Shown here: piece by piece, positions 38,834-52,560 of the stretch
How positions within the stretch are numbered: position 1 is the first letter of the stretch
Layout: every line of letters starts with the position of its first letter
Source of the DNA: Lama guanicoe
Taxonomy: Eukaryota
Reading direction: 5' to 3'
Assembly (NCBI GenBank): GCA_013239625.1
Contig: MU053513.1
Coordinates: forward strand, 640,370-704,369
Length of the DNA: 64,000 nucleotides
Translations under genes and position numbers: made by a program
Notes under the pieces: model-generated
What the model saw: only the letters and a program-made list of their open reading frames with translations
Databases searched by the model: none
Told to the model about the DNA's origin: nothing

Positions 38834-39432
38834 TGTAGATCCGTTATATGTCAGGATCCAGCCACCATTCAGGTTTGCCCTAGTTCTTTATACATATACA
38901 GTCCTGACCCTGATGTTCTGCCTGATGAGAGTGTTTTGGTGTGCCTAACGCATTGGCATAATGCGTCAGCATAAGGCGTTATCCCTGACGGAAGGCATAA
39001 TCCGTTTGACCAGATCCTTTACGCCAACGATATGAGTTCAGGTGAATGCCTGTTTCGCCTGGTGATGTGTGGGGAGGTGGTGCAGGGGTGGGGTCTGAGT
39101 AGCTGAGGCCAGTTACAGAGGGGTTGAACGCCTATGAGACTGACCACCATTTAAAAAACCTGACAGAAAGATGCAGAGGAGCTTTCCTGATTGTCACACA
39201 GTCTTGCTGGGAGCATTAAGTATCCCCCTGTGAGACTTAAACGTGAGGAGACGCCTGGAAGCTTGAGCCTGGCCCTCCTGGAATTTCCTCCCTGCACCTT
39301 CCCCTTCGCTGACTTTAACCTGTTTCTTTTCATTGAAATGAACTGCAACTGTGAGTATAGAAGCTTCTGAGTTCTGTGGGTTCTTCCAGTGAATCACCAA
39401 ACATAAAGGTGGTCTTGGGGACCACCAACACA
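38834..39432 (+). mobile_element. MER77/MER68-family ERVL LTR
   Basis: tgtag...caacaca termini; 'gtctgagtagctgaggccagt', 'ggaagcttgagcctgg' and 'ggtggtcttggggaccaccaacaca' match the recalled MER77. Confidence 0.8.
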
Positions 39433-39434
39433 GG

Positions 39435-41390
39435 AATATTGACCTCATAGAATAAGTTGGGAAGTATTGCCTTCTTTTTAATCTTCTGAAGGACTTTGTG
39501 TAGAACTGGTGTTACGTCTTCCTTCTATCTTGGGTAGAATTCACCATCAAAGGTATTTGTTCCTGGAGTGCTCCTTGTGGGAATCTTTTAAAAAATTACC
39601 AGTTGAAATGTTTTAATATTCAAGATTATTCAGGTTATTTATATTTTCTTGAAGAACTTTTGGTAGTTTGTGTTTTTCAAACAACATCATCATTTCATCT
39701 AAGTTGTTAAATTTATCTGCGTGAAGTTGTCCATAATATTCCTTATTAATATATGTATTAGCCTATAATGAAGCCACCTATTATTCTGAATGTTGATAAT
39801 TTCTGTCTTATTTCTTTTTATCCTGATCCACCTGGCTAGCAGTTTATCAGTTTTATTAATTTTCTCAAAGAATTGGCTTTGGTTTAATTGGCTTTTCTAC
39901 CACTTTTTTTTGTCTTTCATTTAATTAATTTTAAGCTATGTTGTTTATTATTTCCTTTCTTCACCTGACTTTGAGTTTTCTTTCTCCTCATTTTCCAGTT
40001 TCTTAAGTGGAAGATGAGTTCTTGGATTTAATTTTTTTTATATATAAGCATTTAGCGCAATAATTTTACCCCTAATTATTGCCTTAATATCATCCTTACA
40101 AATTTGATAATTTGTAAACATGATAATTTAATAATTTGTATTTTTATATTCATTGAGCATGGATTATTTGGGAGTATGTTATTTAGTTTTCAAAATCTGG
40201 AGGATTTTCCAGAAGTCTTTCTGGAAATTTTAGGTTTAAATTAGAATCTTTCATTTCTCAATTAATTCCATTGTGGTTTGAGAATACATACTGCATGCCC
40301 TGAATCCATTTAAGTTTATTAATTTATTATGGTTCGGAATATGATCTATCTTGGTATATATTCTACCTGCACTGAAAAGAATATGTGTTCTGCTGGGGTT
40401 GGGTGGAGTGTTTGATAAATGTCAGTTTGGTGAAAATGGTTTATTATGTTCAGCTCTTCTTGATTATTAATGACTAATTAAACAAAATTATTGAGTCTAC
40501 CAATTGTTTTGCAATTCCCTCATAACTGGATTTTTTCATTTCCCTTTTGCAGTTATAGCTGGTTTTACTTCATATATTTTGAAGCTACATTCTTAGAAGC
40601 GTAAATATTTAGGATATTTATGTACTCCTGTTGAGTTGACCCTTTACATTCGAAATGACCTTTTTTATTTAAGATCCTTTGCTTTGATACTCACTTTGTT
40701 TGAGACACGCATAGCTACTGCATCTTACTTTTCTTTAGTGTTAGCCTGGCATACCTCTCTACCCTTTTAATTTTAACCTATTTGTATTTCATTATATATT
40801 ATGTGTGTTTGTGGTAGACAACAGATAGTTAACTTGCTTTTTTATCCAATATAACAATCTCTGCTTTTTAATTAGGATGGTGTATACCATTTATAATTAA
40901 CTGATTATTTATACTTTTAAAATGATTTGTGTTTTGTTAATGTTCTACTTAAGAAAAATCATTGCCTCTTCCCAAGTTACAAAAATATTCTATATTTTCT
41001 CTTTAAATGTATGTTATACTATCCATGTTTTTATTGACTACTGACCTGGAATTGATGATTTGGTGTAGTATGAAGTAAAGATCAAGATTTTTTTAATCAC
41101 ATACAGATATGGAGTTGACCCAGCACTATCAAAAGGATCATTCGTTTTTCACTATACTTTAGTATTATCATTATTATAAATGAGGTCACTACATATATGT
41201 GGAATTTCTGCCATCTAATTGTTCAGTTTGCCTATACTTGTGCTAATACCAACTTGTTATAATCGTCATAGTTTCATAATAATCACTGATGTCTGTCTTA
41301 TAAGTACTGCAGATTTGTTCTTCATCAGGAATATCTAGGCAAAATTTTGCCTTTTGCATATCCATGCTTTTATATTTTAGGTAAAGGCAA
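39435..41390 (-). mobile_element. Old L1 ORF2 fragments (two pieces, break at about 40920)
   Basis: T-rich antisense L1 ORF2: 'ttgacctcatagaataagttgggaagt...ggtagaattcacc' and 'gttgacccagcactat'. Confidence 0.8.
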
Positions 41391-41539
41391 TTTTCACTAT
41401 AGCATCATACATCCTTATTGCAAAAATAGAAAAAAAATATAGAAAAGTAGAAAATGGAAGTTTTACTCATAATACACCTCCCAGAATTACCAAACTTTAC
41501 TGTTTGGAACTATCCCTTTGTTCTTTTGTTTCAGCTTAT

Positions 41540-42190
41540 TTTTAGAATTGAGATTAAATGATACAGTGAAATTATGCTTCCTGGCTTTTCAAACATCAAG
41601 TTTGTAATAATTTCACTATAAAAATTGAGGAATAAAGACTATAAACATATTTAAGTATTTATTCTTATTACTTTTAAAATGTTGCCGTATTTATTGACAG
41701 ATTTTAAATGCATTTTTATAGTTTTATGAGAGTGTGACATAATGATTTCTAAACATCTTGAAACAAAACATCACATATTATAGAAAATATGAAGCTAGAC
41801 TCATGATAGACAATATATTCAACTGAGTGGTTTATGGACTTTTCACAATTAAAAAATAAACGATTCAATCAATTTTTATGAGTTTTAATGACGCAGAAAG
41901 TCATTGTTCATGTTCCTTGACAGTGAAAATGACAATCACGGTTCTTGTATCTACTTTTTTTTCCCTAGGATTTGAAAGAATGAGAAAAAAAAATGTATTT
42001 GTGGGTGATTCTTCTCCCATAGTGCTCCAATCAAGTAAATAGTTTACTCATTGAAATGATCACTCAATTAGGATTTTTTTTATTATTGTCTAGGTAAATA
42101 TTAACACTTGCAACAAAGTTTATCTAAACTATGGGGGCAAGTTGGGGGTTTATAAACAAATTTCTTAGAACTCAGGAAATAGATGAGAAA
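41540..42190 (+). repeat. Left arm of a long diverged inverted repeat
   Basis: Reverse complement of about 43520-44242. The outer 21 bp are perfect: ttttagaattgagattaaatg / catttaatctcaattctaaaa. Confidence 0.9.
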
Positions 42191-43519
42191 GAAATGCTAA
42201 GGAAAGGATGATTCATTCACAGATTATTAAACCTAGCTAACAGATAATAAATTATTTGAGGTCTAAAATATGCAAGCGAAAAATATCTAGTTTTAATTTT
42301 CTGTTGTTTCCTCATGTTTTTGTCTGTATGTATGAATATATGATTTTATTTATCATGTCTTGGTCAGCATGAGTAATTCTTAAGTTATTTAAATAAAATT
42401 TGGGATGTGTAGTTTATTTTTTGATTTTTTTTGATATATTAAGTTTTTTTTTATTACCCTCATGTACCTAGCTAATTTGGTTCCTATGCCTTTATTTCAC
42501 ACCTCTATGGGTATTCTAGCATTTACTAGAGTTGGAATTTTTTTAGCTTTTGTGGGTACTCTTATTATTTTCTTAGGCACCTATGTGATTTTTTTCCTTT
42601 ATCATGGAAAGTAAAATATTTTATGAGATTGTATCTATGTGTGGAACTCTACTGATTTATTTTGCAACTCAGAGAGTTTTTTACTTTGTGTATTTATACG
42701 TCCCCCTCTCCCTAAAGAAATTTTTCATGGTTTATATCCTTCTTTATTCATTTTACTTTCAATTATCTTGTTTCCTTCTAAGATAGACTTACAACATACA
42801 AGTTAAATTTTATTTCTTTATCATCCATAGCTTTCATATTTTCCTTAGTCAAATTCACTCTTGGCCATTCTCTCTGCATTGTCAGGGAGCATTTCATGTT
42901 TACTGCCATGTTCTTAATTTATGTCCCTATTAGTCATTTTTTAAAAAAATGTTTCTGATGATTATTTCATCATGCTCGTGCTTCTTGTTTGTTTTTACCC
43001 TTTTCTCTGCATCTCTGGCTTTTCTCTCATACTAATTTGCTTTAAATCTCAACACAGCCTAAACTCTCCTTGCTCTCCCATATTTGACACCATGGCTATA
43101 TGTGTGCTATTGACTATTCTTCATGCAGCATGTAGAGAAATCTTTAAAAAAGTCTAATCATACATCTAATCATGTGATTCCCTTGATTAAAATTTTTCAA
43201 TCCTTTCCTATTGCACTTAGTGGAGGAAAAAAAAAAAAGCAAAATGTCCGCAAAGGCCCTGCCTGAACTTTTTTCTATGTTTCTATCCTCATATCTAGGA
43301 ACTCTCTTCTTTCTTAACTGTATTTGTACATACTTAATTAATACAAAAACTTCATTTCTATAGGCACATCATTACCATATTAATATTTTAAATATATTTA
43401 ATATCTTGCACATTGAACTATTAAAATTGAAACACTTACAGATTCATTTCAAGATATTTTCATGATGCTGAGAGTCTATTGGTTAGAATATTTCCAAATA
43501 TATCAAAGTACAGATTTAT

Positions 43520-44242
43520 ACTCCTCTCATAGTATTTGCATGTTTGAATTAATGTTTGTTTATATTCCTCTCACAAGCAAGACTGACTATACATAATATA
43601 TCAAATAGACTGTATTGTAAATTTTGATACCCATTTAGACAATAACAAACAATATCTAATCCAATAATTATTTCAATGACTATACTATCTACTTGCTTGG
43701 ACCACTGTGGGAAAGGAATTGCCTCCAAGTACATTTTTTTCTCATTTTCTCAAATCCTAATAAAAAAAGTTAAAGCAGATTTGAGAATCATAGTGTTCAT
43801 TTTCACTTTCAAAGAACATGATCAATGACTTTCTACATCATTAAAACTCATGCAAATTAAGTCGCTGAGTTCTTTAATTGTGAAAAGTTCATTAACCATT
43901 TCGTTGAAGATATTTTCTATTATGAGTCCAGCATTATATCTTCTTACTATGATATGTAAAGTTTTGTTTCAAGATGTTTAAAAATCATTATGCCATGATT
44001 TCATGAGACTCTTAAAAATGCATTTAAAGTCTGTCAATGAATAAGCAAAATATTAACAAAAACAAGAAATGATTATTAAAATATAATATTAATATAGTTT
44101 TATATATTAATATAATTTATAAGATTCTTTATTTCTCAATTTTCTATAGCAAAATTATTACATTAATTGTATAATCACAAATTTGATGTTTGAAAAACCA
44201 GGCAACAAAATTTCACTCTACCATTTAATCTCAATTCTAAAA
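43520..44242 (-). repeat. Right arm of a long diverged inverted repeat
   Basis: Collinear complementary blocks, e.g. taaacatcttgaaacaaaac / gttttgtttcaagatgttta, acttttcacaattaaa / tttaattgtgaaaagt, atgagttttaatga / tcattaaaactcat. Confidence 0.9.
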
Positions 44243-46380
44243 GTTCTTGGTGTATTTTGGATAAAGTCCTTTATCAGATATGACTTTTGCAAATATTTTT
44301 CCCAGTTTGTGATTTGTCTTCCCATTCTCTTGCTATTGCCTTTTGCAGAGCAGAAGTTTTTAATTTTAATGAGTTCCTGTTTATCAATTAGTTTTTTCAT
44401 GGATCATTCCTTATAGTGGTGTATCTAAAAAGTCATTACCAAATCTAAAGGCATCTAAGTTTTCTCATATGTCATGTTCTAAGAGTTCTACAGTTTCACA
44501 TTTTACATTGAAGTTTGTGGTCCATTTTGAGTAAATTTTGGGGAAGGCAGTAAAGTCTGCATGTACAATTCAGTTTTTTGCATGTGGATGTCTTGTTCTA
44601 GCTCTATTTGTGGAAAAGACTATCTTTTCTCCATTGTATTACCTTTTCCCCTTTGTCAAAGATCAGTTGACTATATGGGCCTATTTCTGGGCTCTCTATT
44701 CTGCTCCATTAATCTATTTATTATTCTTTTGGCAATGCCATACTGTCTTGATTACAATAGCTTTCTAGGAAATTGATGTTGAGCAATGTCAGTCCTAAAA
44801 TTTTTTCTTCTCCTTCAGTATTATGCTGGCTATTCTAGGTCTTTTGCCCCTCTATATAATCTTTAGAATCAGTTTGTTGATGTCTACAAAATAACTTCTT
44901 TGGATTTTGATTGAAATTGCATTGGATCTATACTATAGATCAAGATGGGAAGAACTGACATGACAATACTAAATCTTCCTATCCATAAACGTGGAATATT
45001 GCTCCATTCATTTAGCTCTTCTTTATGTCTTGCACCAGGGTTTTGTAGTTTTGCTCATATAGATCTTTGACATATTTTTTCAGACGTGTACCTAAGTATT
45101 TAATTTGGATGAGATTCTAATGTAAATGATATTATGTTTTTAATTTCAAATTCCAATTATTCGTTGCTGAGATATAGACAAGAGATTGACTTTTGTATGT
45201 TATTCTTGCATCCTGCTATAATTGCTAATTAGTTCTAGGAGATTTTTGGTTAATTATTTCAGATATTTTTACATAGATGATTATTTTATCTGTGAACAAA
45301 AACAGTTTAATTTCTTTCTTTCCATTCTGTATACCTATTTCCTTTTCTTGTCTTATTACATTGGTAGGAATTCCAGTACAATGTTGGAAAGAAGTGATTG
45401 GAGGGTTATCCTTGCCTTGTTCCTCGTCTTAGCAGAAAAGTTTTAGTTTCACACCATTAAGTGTGATGTTAGAGGTAGTTTTTTTTGTAGATGTTCTTTA
45501 TCAAGCTGAGGAAGTTCCCCTCTACTTCTAGTTTGCTGAGAATTTTGAGTGGATGTTGGTTTTAGCAAATATTCTTTCTGTATTTATTTCTATGACTGTG
45601 TGATTTTTCTTCATTAGCCTGTGGTATAATGGATTACATAAATTGATTTTTAAATGTTGAATGAGACTCACACAGATACAATAAATCTCAATTGGTTGTG
45701 GTGTATCACTCTTTTAATACACTGATGGATTTAATTTGCTAATATTTTATTGAGAATTTTGCATCTATGTTTACTAGAGATATTGGTCTACAGTTTTAAA
45801 GTCTTTTTGTGGTTTTTGCTATTAGGCTAGTGCTGGCCTCGTAGGAGATGCAAAATATTTCTCCTTGTTCTATTTTCTGAAAGAGATTGTAGAGAATTAG
45901 TGTAATTTCTTTCTTAAATGTTTGGTAGAATTCATCAGTGAACCTATCTGGGTCTTGTGCTTTCTGTTTTGGAAGGTTATCAAGTGTTGATTCAATGTTT
46001 TAATAGATTTAGCCTATTCAGATTACTTATTTTTTCTTGTATGAGTTTTAACAGATTGTGTCTTTCAATGTATTAGTCCATTTTATCTAGGTTGTCAAAT
46101 TTGTGGGCACAGATCTATTCTTAGTATTCCTTTATTATAGTCTTAAAGTCCATGGGATCTGTAGTGATGTCCTCTCTTTTATTTTTGATATTATTAACTT
46201 GTGTCTTCCACCATCTTTAATTAACTAGTCTGGCTAGAGTCTTATCAATTTATTGATCATTTCAAATAATCACCTTCTGGTTTCACTTATTTTCTCTATT
46301 GATATTCTGTTTTCAGTTTTACTGATTTTCTGCTATTTTTATATTTTTCTTCTATTTATTTTAGATTTAAATTTCTCTTT
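44243..46380 (-). mobile_element. L1M ORF2 fragment, about 2.1 kb
   Basis: Antisense L1 ORF2. ORF 44218-44400 reads IKIKNFCSAK...MGRQITNWEK, an L1 ORF2 motif. Confidence 0.9.
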
Positions 46381-49300
46381 AGAAAACAGCCAATATTTTA
46401 AAAATATTTAGATATATTGACTTACTCTTCATTTTAGAAGGTACCTGATATTGCCAAATTGTGTCATAAGAGTTAAGAAAACCTTTAACTATTGAATGGG
46501 TGTCATATGACATTTCAGAAGTAGGAAATTAACTCACCTTTGTCATCAAAGTTATTTGTAGCTAGGATTTTTTATATATTTGCTTTGTGTGGTATATAAG
46601 TTGGGCTTTATAATCCAGTTATTTAAAGAGGTATTTTGCAATCTGCTAAAATTATCAGACTGTGGTCCTATGCTTTATTGCAAAGAAGAGCTAACATTAA
46701 TTACAAGCGTATTATATAACAGATATATACTAATTCCTGTCATCCTCAGAAAAGCCTTATGAATTTAGTTACCTCACTTTTCCAACCAATCAAAAGGAGG
46801 TTTAATAAGAAACTGACTAATTTGCTTAAAGCCTTCCACTTTTAAACTTAAAATTTATAATCAAACACAAACAGTTTGGATGGAGAACCCCTGGTCTTAG
46901 CTACTAAGCTACTTAATTATTTCAACAATAACTTAGTCTTAACATCTGAATGGAAACAGGAAGCATTTGTATTATATAAAAATTTATATGTGATCTGAAG
47001 AATTTAAAATAGAAAATCAATTAAATTTACCAATGGCATCTGAAAGTCCTTAGATAGGTCTCATCCAATATATCAGTATAATAATCATTTTAATAACCAG
47101 CATAGCTACTAGGTTTTGGTTCTTCAGAATAAAGACAGATGAAAGGAGCAAATATTATTTTACCATCTCTTCTCATTAATGTATTTGGATTACACTAAAG
47201 TAAAAAAAAAAGAAGCAAACATTTTGAAAAAAATCTAAGATAATCTAATTACCTCATAGCCAATAAAGCAATTTAGAAAATTGACACTAATGAAAGGAAA
47301 CACTTCTTTTTTAAAGATCACTTGTGAATTTGTGGTGCTTAGTATTTTGCAACTTGATTTTTAAAGAGCCCTTTTGTAACTCAGAGTTATCATTACCATG
47401 AAACACAAAAAGCATTTTTAAAAGAAAAACAGCATTTGGAGCACATCTGTTTCAATGATATGCTTTAAAGAAATTTGCATCTATTGGAATCTGATGGCTT
47501 GTCTCTGTGTTGTTTCGAGAAGGTGCCCTGCATGACTCAAAATTAGCCTGTGTAAAAGGAGAGATGGGTGTTGCCATGGTAAGTATACAATTTTTAATTG
47601 AATAAGAAACTAATAGCACATAAAACCCACATAATTTGTTGGCACAGAAATTGCCTCTCCTGGGGCCATAATTAAACATACTCTTCTTCTCACATATTTT
47701 GCTGGGTTTTTTTCTGTGTTTTGTTTAGATACTTGAGTCATACATCTCCTTTTGCAGCCCGAAGCCTCTCTCTCCTCAGCTACCCAGTCTTGCTCACTTC
47801 CTGTCACTGACGGAACTGTCATTTTCCCAGTGCAAGGCAGAACTGCTTTGTGTACAAAGAAGGTCTTAGGATGGTTAAAAGTTACACAGACCCATGCTCT
47901 GTGTCTAACAAACATCCCAAATATTCACGTCTAAAACATTACAGGGAAGTGACATAAAATGACTCAACAAATTCCTCATTTTCATTCTAGAGTTCCCCCT
48001 AAAACAGGGATTCCTATCTGAAGTGATTAAAAATCAACACCTTCGAATTTTACTAGAGAAAAGCCATTAATTAAATTTGCAAACTTAAAACCACCCTGCT
48101 CTCCCAGAAGTCGAGTATTTTTAATCTTCTCTCCTGAGCCTTTCTCTGCTTTACGCCTACCCCCACCCCATCCAACCCAATCTATCCATACCTTTTATTG
48201 ACACAGCAGTAAAAGCTTTGGTCCTTTTATTTTTTTTTCTTTACTTGCATATTATGGACTCACATTTCTTTATACATCTTTTGCTTCAAAAATTAAGGCC
48301 CTTTTATGGCATCTCACAGGTGATATAGCAATTTACAGGGTGCTGCTCTGCCTCCCTTTCCCATTTTGAAGATTATTTTCTCTGGTTTTACTTTAATCAC
48401 AATGAGGCATGGGGAGAGGACAGTCATTTGGACTCACATCCAAGTTATTTTGGGAAGCACATTGACACATATTTTAAGTAGATATTGTATTTTACAAAGA
48501 ATGCTCTTCTGAGATCACTCTGGCTCGAACAATAAGAAAATTCAAGACTATGGGAGGCGAGCACCACAGGATATCCATAAGTAACAGCGCCTGTGTATCA
48601 ACTAGGGGGAGCTTAACAGGCTTGTTCCTGACTGTGACAAACAGCGAGCAGAATTTTTCGAGAGGCTATAAGCAGAGAATGAACACAAAAGATAACTCTG
48701 GAAAAGATTTGGTGTAGGGCGCGAAGATAGCTTCCTGGTGGAAATCAAGAGCGATTTAGAACAATAGTGACTGATCGTTTTCAGCAGCTACCTCGAGGTT
48801 CATTCTTCTGCCTTGTAGAGTTCACCCACCTTTGTTTTCTCACTTTGATTTCAGAGTTCATTTTTCACGATGTTCATTTTTTAATGATGAAAGTGGACCT
48901 GTCTTGAAGGAATAGATGAATAGTGCCTCGTGGGTTCAAAGACACCTTCAACGGCTTGGAACAAAAGGAAATGATTATACAGATCAAGAGACTACATGGA
49001 AATGTTTTTACAGATTTTAAATAAAATATAAACAGCTGTTGAGAGAAGCATGGCACAGTAACAGTTGTTACCAATCCATTAATAATCTGAACACAAATTC
49101 GATCCTGTTCATTATGTGTAGCCCACATTCCTCTACGGGGAAAAGAGTCAGATTTGAATGTGTAAAAAATGGATTCAATAGCAGATCAGAACAAATATAG
49201 AGAAAGGAAATGGTGAATCTAGTCTGAATTTATTATGTAATTTTCTTGAAAACCAAGTAATCAATATTTTCTAGCTATGTAATGAGTGGTGCTAATAGTG

Positions 49301-49988
49301 CTAGCCTGCTTTTATTGGCTTCCATTCAAGGGACTGTCAGTTAAGTGATAAAACGCTCCAAGGCACTTTTTCCCCCTGTCTTTTTACATTTCCCATGCTA
49401 GTAAAATACAGTCTTAGTTTCTAATCGGGAATGTTTGTTCTCTCTGGATAGTTGCTTATTAAAACAGAAAAAAAGTATTTCTCATTTCTCCTTATAATTC
49501 ACGTGTCTACATTTGCTGTGGGACTTAAATTGTCCTGGCGATACATGGTAAGCCAAAACTCTCGAGTTTCCTCTGATGTGTACAATTTATTGGGTGGCAA
49601 TAAGTAAGAGACTGTGGAATTATTTATTTAGTCGTGAGATATAGAGCCTAAACAGGAAGACATTATGTTCCACTTTGCATTGAAAGACCTAAATGCAGCA
49701 AAAAGGTTTGACCAAAGCAACCTGATTACTCTCAGTTGTGTGTGTGTTAATGTCACATGATACAATAGGACAGAGATCATCGCAATCAGAAAGGCTACAA
49801 CTTTTTTAAAACATGGTGCACACCATTAATGTCATCTGGTTTTAAAGTAAAATGAATACAGAAAATGAGATCGCATAGAATAATGGGAAAGTCTCTCCTT
49901 CCAAACAATTGACCTGCCTATTGGATATGCTTATGTACTTGCTCAAAGACAGTCTTTCCTTCCTCAATGTTCTGCAATGCAGCTGCTC

Positions 49989-50307
49989 TGTTAAATTAAA
50001 CAAGGAAGCCATTAGACTGAGGTGGTTCTAACACCTTAACAACCTATATAAGCAACATAAAACCTAAATCTGTCAATGCCTCAAGGTTAAGAAATCAAAA
50101 CCTAAGGACAGCCAATCACAAGCAGCCAAATAAGGCTGTAGCTAAATAATCTGTTTGCTTTGCTTCCACCTTTTCTCCATAACAATCTTCCCTCTTGCTC
50201 CCATTGGTGGATCTCCCTACCTACTTCTGGTTTGGTACCACCCAAATGAAATCCATTTTTGCTCAAACTCTTAATATTTTTAATATGCTTCAGTTTATCT
50301 TTTAACA
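49989..50307 (+). mobile_element. ERV1-type solo LTR
   Basis: tgttaaa...tttaaca inverted termini, CCAAT box 'cagccaatcac', and a MER57-like 3' end. Confidence 0.7.
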
Positions 50308-51854
50308 TCTATCAGCATGAAAAAAAAAACATCTGCTGTCACTATGTTATGCTTTATGAGTTTCCTAACATAAAGTGATTCTCAAATTACCCTCCTTTGG
50401 AACACAGTTTGAGAACCATTAATGAGTATTATCTCCTATCCAACAAAGAGCCACCTACCTTCTAGGTGCTCCCTTACAATGAAGTATAATGTGCACATTA
50501 AAAATCCCAATTGATGTGGGAGATCCATGGAATTCTAGGAAAAAACAAACCATAAGAAATTAATTTGTTTTTGAATAGATACAGAAATTGGCTCAAATAT
50601 ATTTATTAAAGTCAACGCATTATGATTATAAAATTGTTACATGGATACACTCCTAATAAAATCTTCTCCCCTACCTATTGAATAGAGAAAAAATTATTTG
50701 TGACTTTACCAAATGTTCATATCTTTTCCTAGGCTATATTTTAAACGTCTTTCCTCTTCAAGTTTACAGCTTTCCAATGTCTTTAATCATCTCATAGGGA
50801 AAAAAATATAACAAAATGGCTTTTAAACAGAAAATCTCTTCTTTAAAGAGTTAAGAAACTGCTCCATTTTGGAAGTAAAATTAATCTGTGGTATGTTCAG
50901 GGGTGACCTAGCACATAATGAAGGAAGAAACATATTTAATACGCTCATTAGTGGTATTTATTAGCACACTTATGCAAGAAAGGAATGATCATTCAGAAAC
51001 AACGTTTCTGAATCAGGCGAGTACCCCCTAGAGAGACTTATTGTCCCCAGCAAGTCCAAACATGAGCCATGTTAACATCTGAACAATGGTATTTCCAAAC
51101 AAAGTAATTAACAGGCATATGTGTCCTGATGATCTAGACATCAAAGGACAAAAACTTCACATCAAAATCAAACAACAAAACATCAAATAGGAAAGGGCAG
51201 CTATTGTTGTCCTAGCAAGTCTGGCCTGATGCATTTTTTAAGTATGGTTATAAACTGTCATACTGAGCCAATATTTGTTTTTTCCTCAGTGATTTCCATT
51301 TCACATTTTCTGCTTACAAGTCAGGGATGATTTTCCTCAATTTTTATGTCTCATGATCAGCTTCGGATTTGGAACACAAACTGCATTCTCACTGCCCCTC
51401 CTCCTGGCTGTTGATAAAGATCTGTAATTACAATGAGGCCAGAGACTTCCGTGATGATGTCAAGAGTCAGAACACAATCTCTTCTGACCTTTCCTAAACA
51501 CATTACTCTGCTGTGTCACCAGTCAAGGTTTCTGAAGTCAGTAAAGAAGAGGCAGTGCTGGAAGGAATAGAAATAGCCAGGATGCTTCTCACTCCTCTGC
51601 AAAACAGCCAAGCTGCATAACTTTTATTGTGTCCTAAAAGAAAAACAAAAAATCCCTTTACTTAGTAGCTTTGCTCTGTGTCCTAGAGTCAAAGTCCTTT
51701 TAATTCCAGCTTGGGGCCAAATTCTAGATCAGAGCCCATCTGTTTACCAAAGCCACTAACATTGGGCTAATTGATTTCGATTATTTGTGAGTGGACTTTT
51801 GCCACACCCCGCATCCCTCACTGTCAGATTCCCCTCCCCCTGTGCATGAGAGGC

Positions 51855-52085
51855 AGTGTAAGGTAGTAGAGAAGGCCATGGCTTCTGGATCCAGCCTGCC
51901 AGGGTCCATTGCTTGGCTCTACCATTCAGCATTTGTATCACCTGGAACTGACTACACCTCTTATGTCTCATTTTCTGAAAAATTTGGATGAGTATTTACA
52001 TCTACAAGTTGCTTTTAAGGGTTGAATGCCTAGAACAGCTAAAATGGCTTGGGACAGGGCTTTGTACACAGTGAGTGCTATAATA
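51855..52085 (+). mobile_element. MIR fragment
   Basis: 'ggccatggcttctggatccagcctgccagggtccattgcttggctctacca...ctcattttctgaaaaatt'. Confidence 0.6.
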
Positions 52086-52104
52086 TATGAGGACCCTTTA
52101 TTGA

Positions 52105-52335
52105 TTTGTTTTTTTACTGAAGTACAGTTGCTTTATAATGTTGTGCTAGTTTCCGGTGTACAGCATGGCGATGCAGTTATCCCCACATATATTCTCTTTC
52201 ATATTCTATTTCATCATAGGTTATTACAAGCTAAGGAATATCGTTCCCTGTGCTGCACAGTGGGACTTTGTTGTGTATCTGTTTTGTATATAGGAGTTTG
52301 TATCTTGTATCTGCTAATCCTAAACTTCTAATTTA
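52105..52335 (-). mobile_element. Cetartiodactyl L1 3'UTR fragment
   Basis: 'tttttactgaagtacagttgctttataatgttgtgctagtttccggtgtacagca' is homologous to 23346-23692 and to the reverse of 10680-10860. Confidence 0.85.
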
Positions 52336-52359
52336 TTATTCATTATTATTTGACATTAC

Positions 52360-52560
52360 CAATAGCAGACACTGATATTTGACCTTCTCAGCATTTATTC
52401 CAATACCCTTCTAGTTTTCTGTTCCTTACCATACAGGCTAGAAAACTGAAAACCAGTTTCATTGACCCCCTTCCAGATAGGCTGCAGGACTGAGCTGTTT
52501 CTTTCAATCAATGCACCTGAGAAACTCTGTAGCTGGTCAAAAGGAAATCAGATGTTCTGG
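52360..52560 (+). mobile_element. LTR33/LTR16-like ERVL LTR fragment (may extend further 3')
   Basis: 'caggctagaaaactgaaaaccagtttcattgacccccttccagatagg' resembles the recalled LTR33 motif. Confidence 0.5.

Noticed and set aside
38834..39150. Whole segment as bacterial contamination
   Set aside because: Both flanks align with the recalled MER77 LTR. Only the ~65-bp core is anomalous, and it is reported as a finding.
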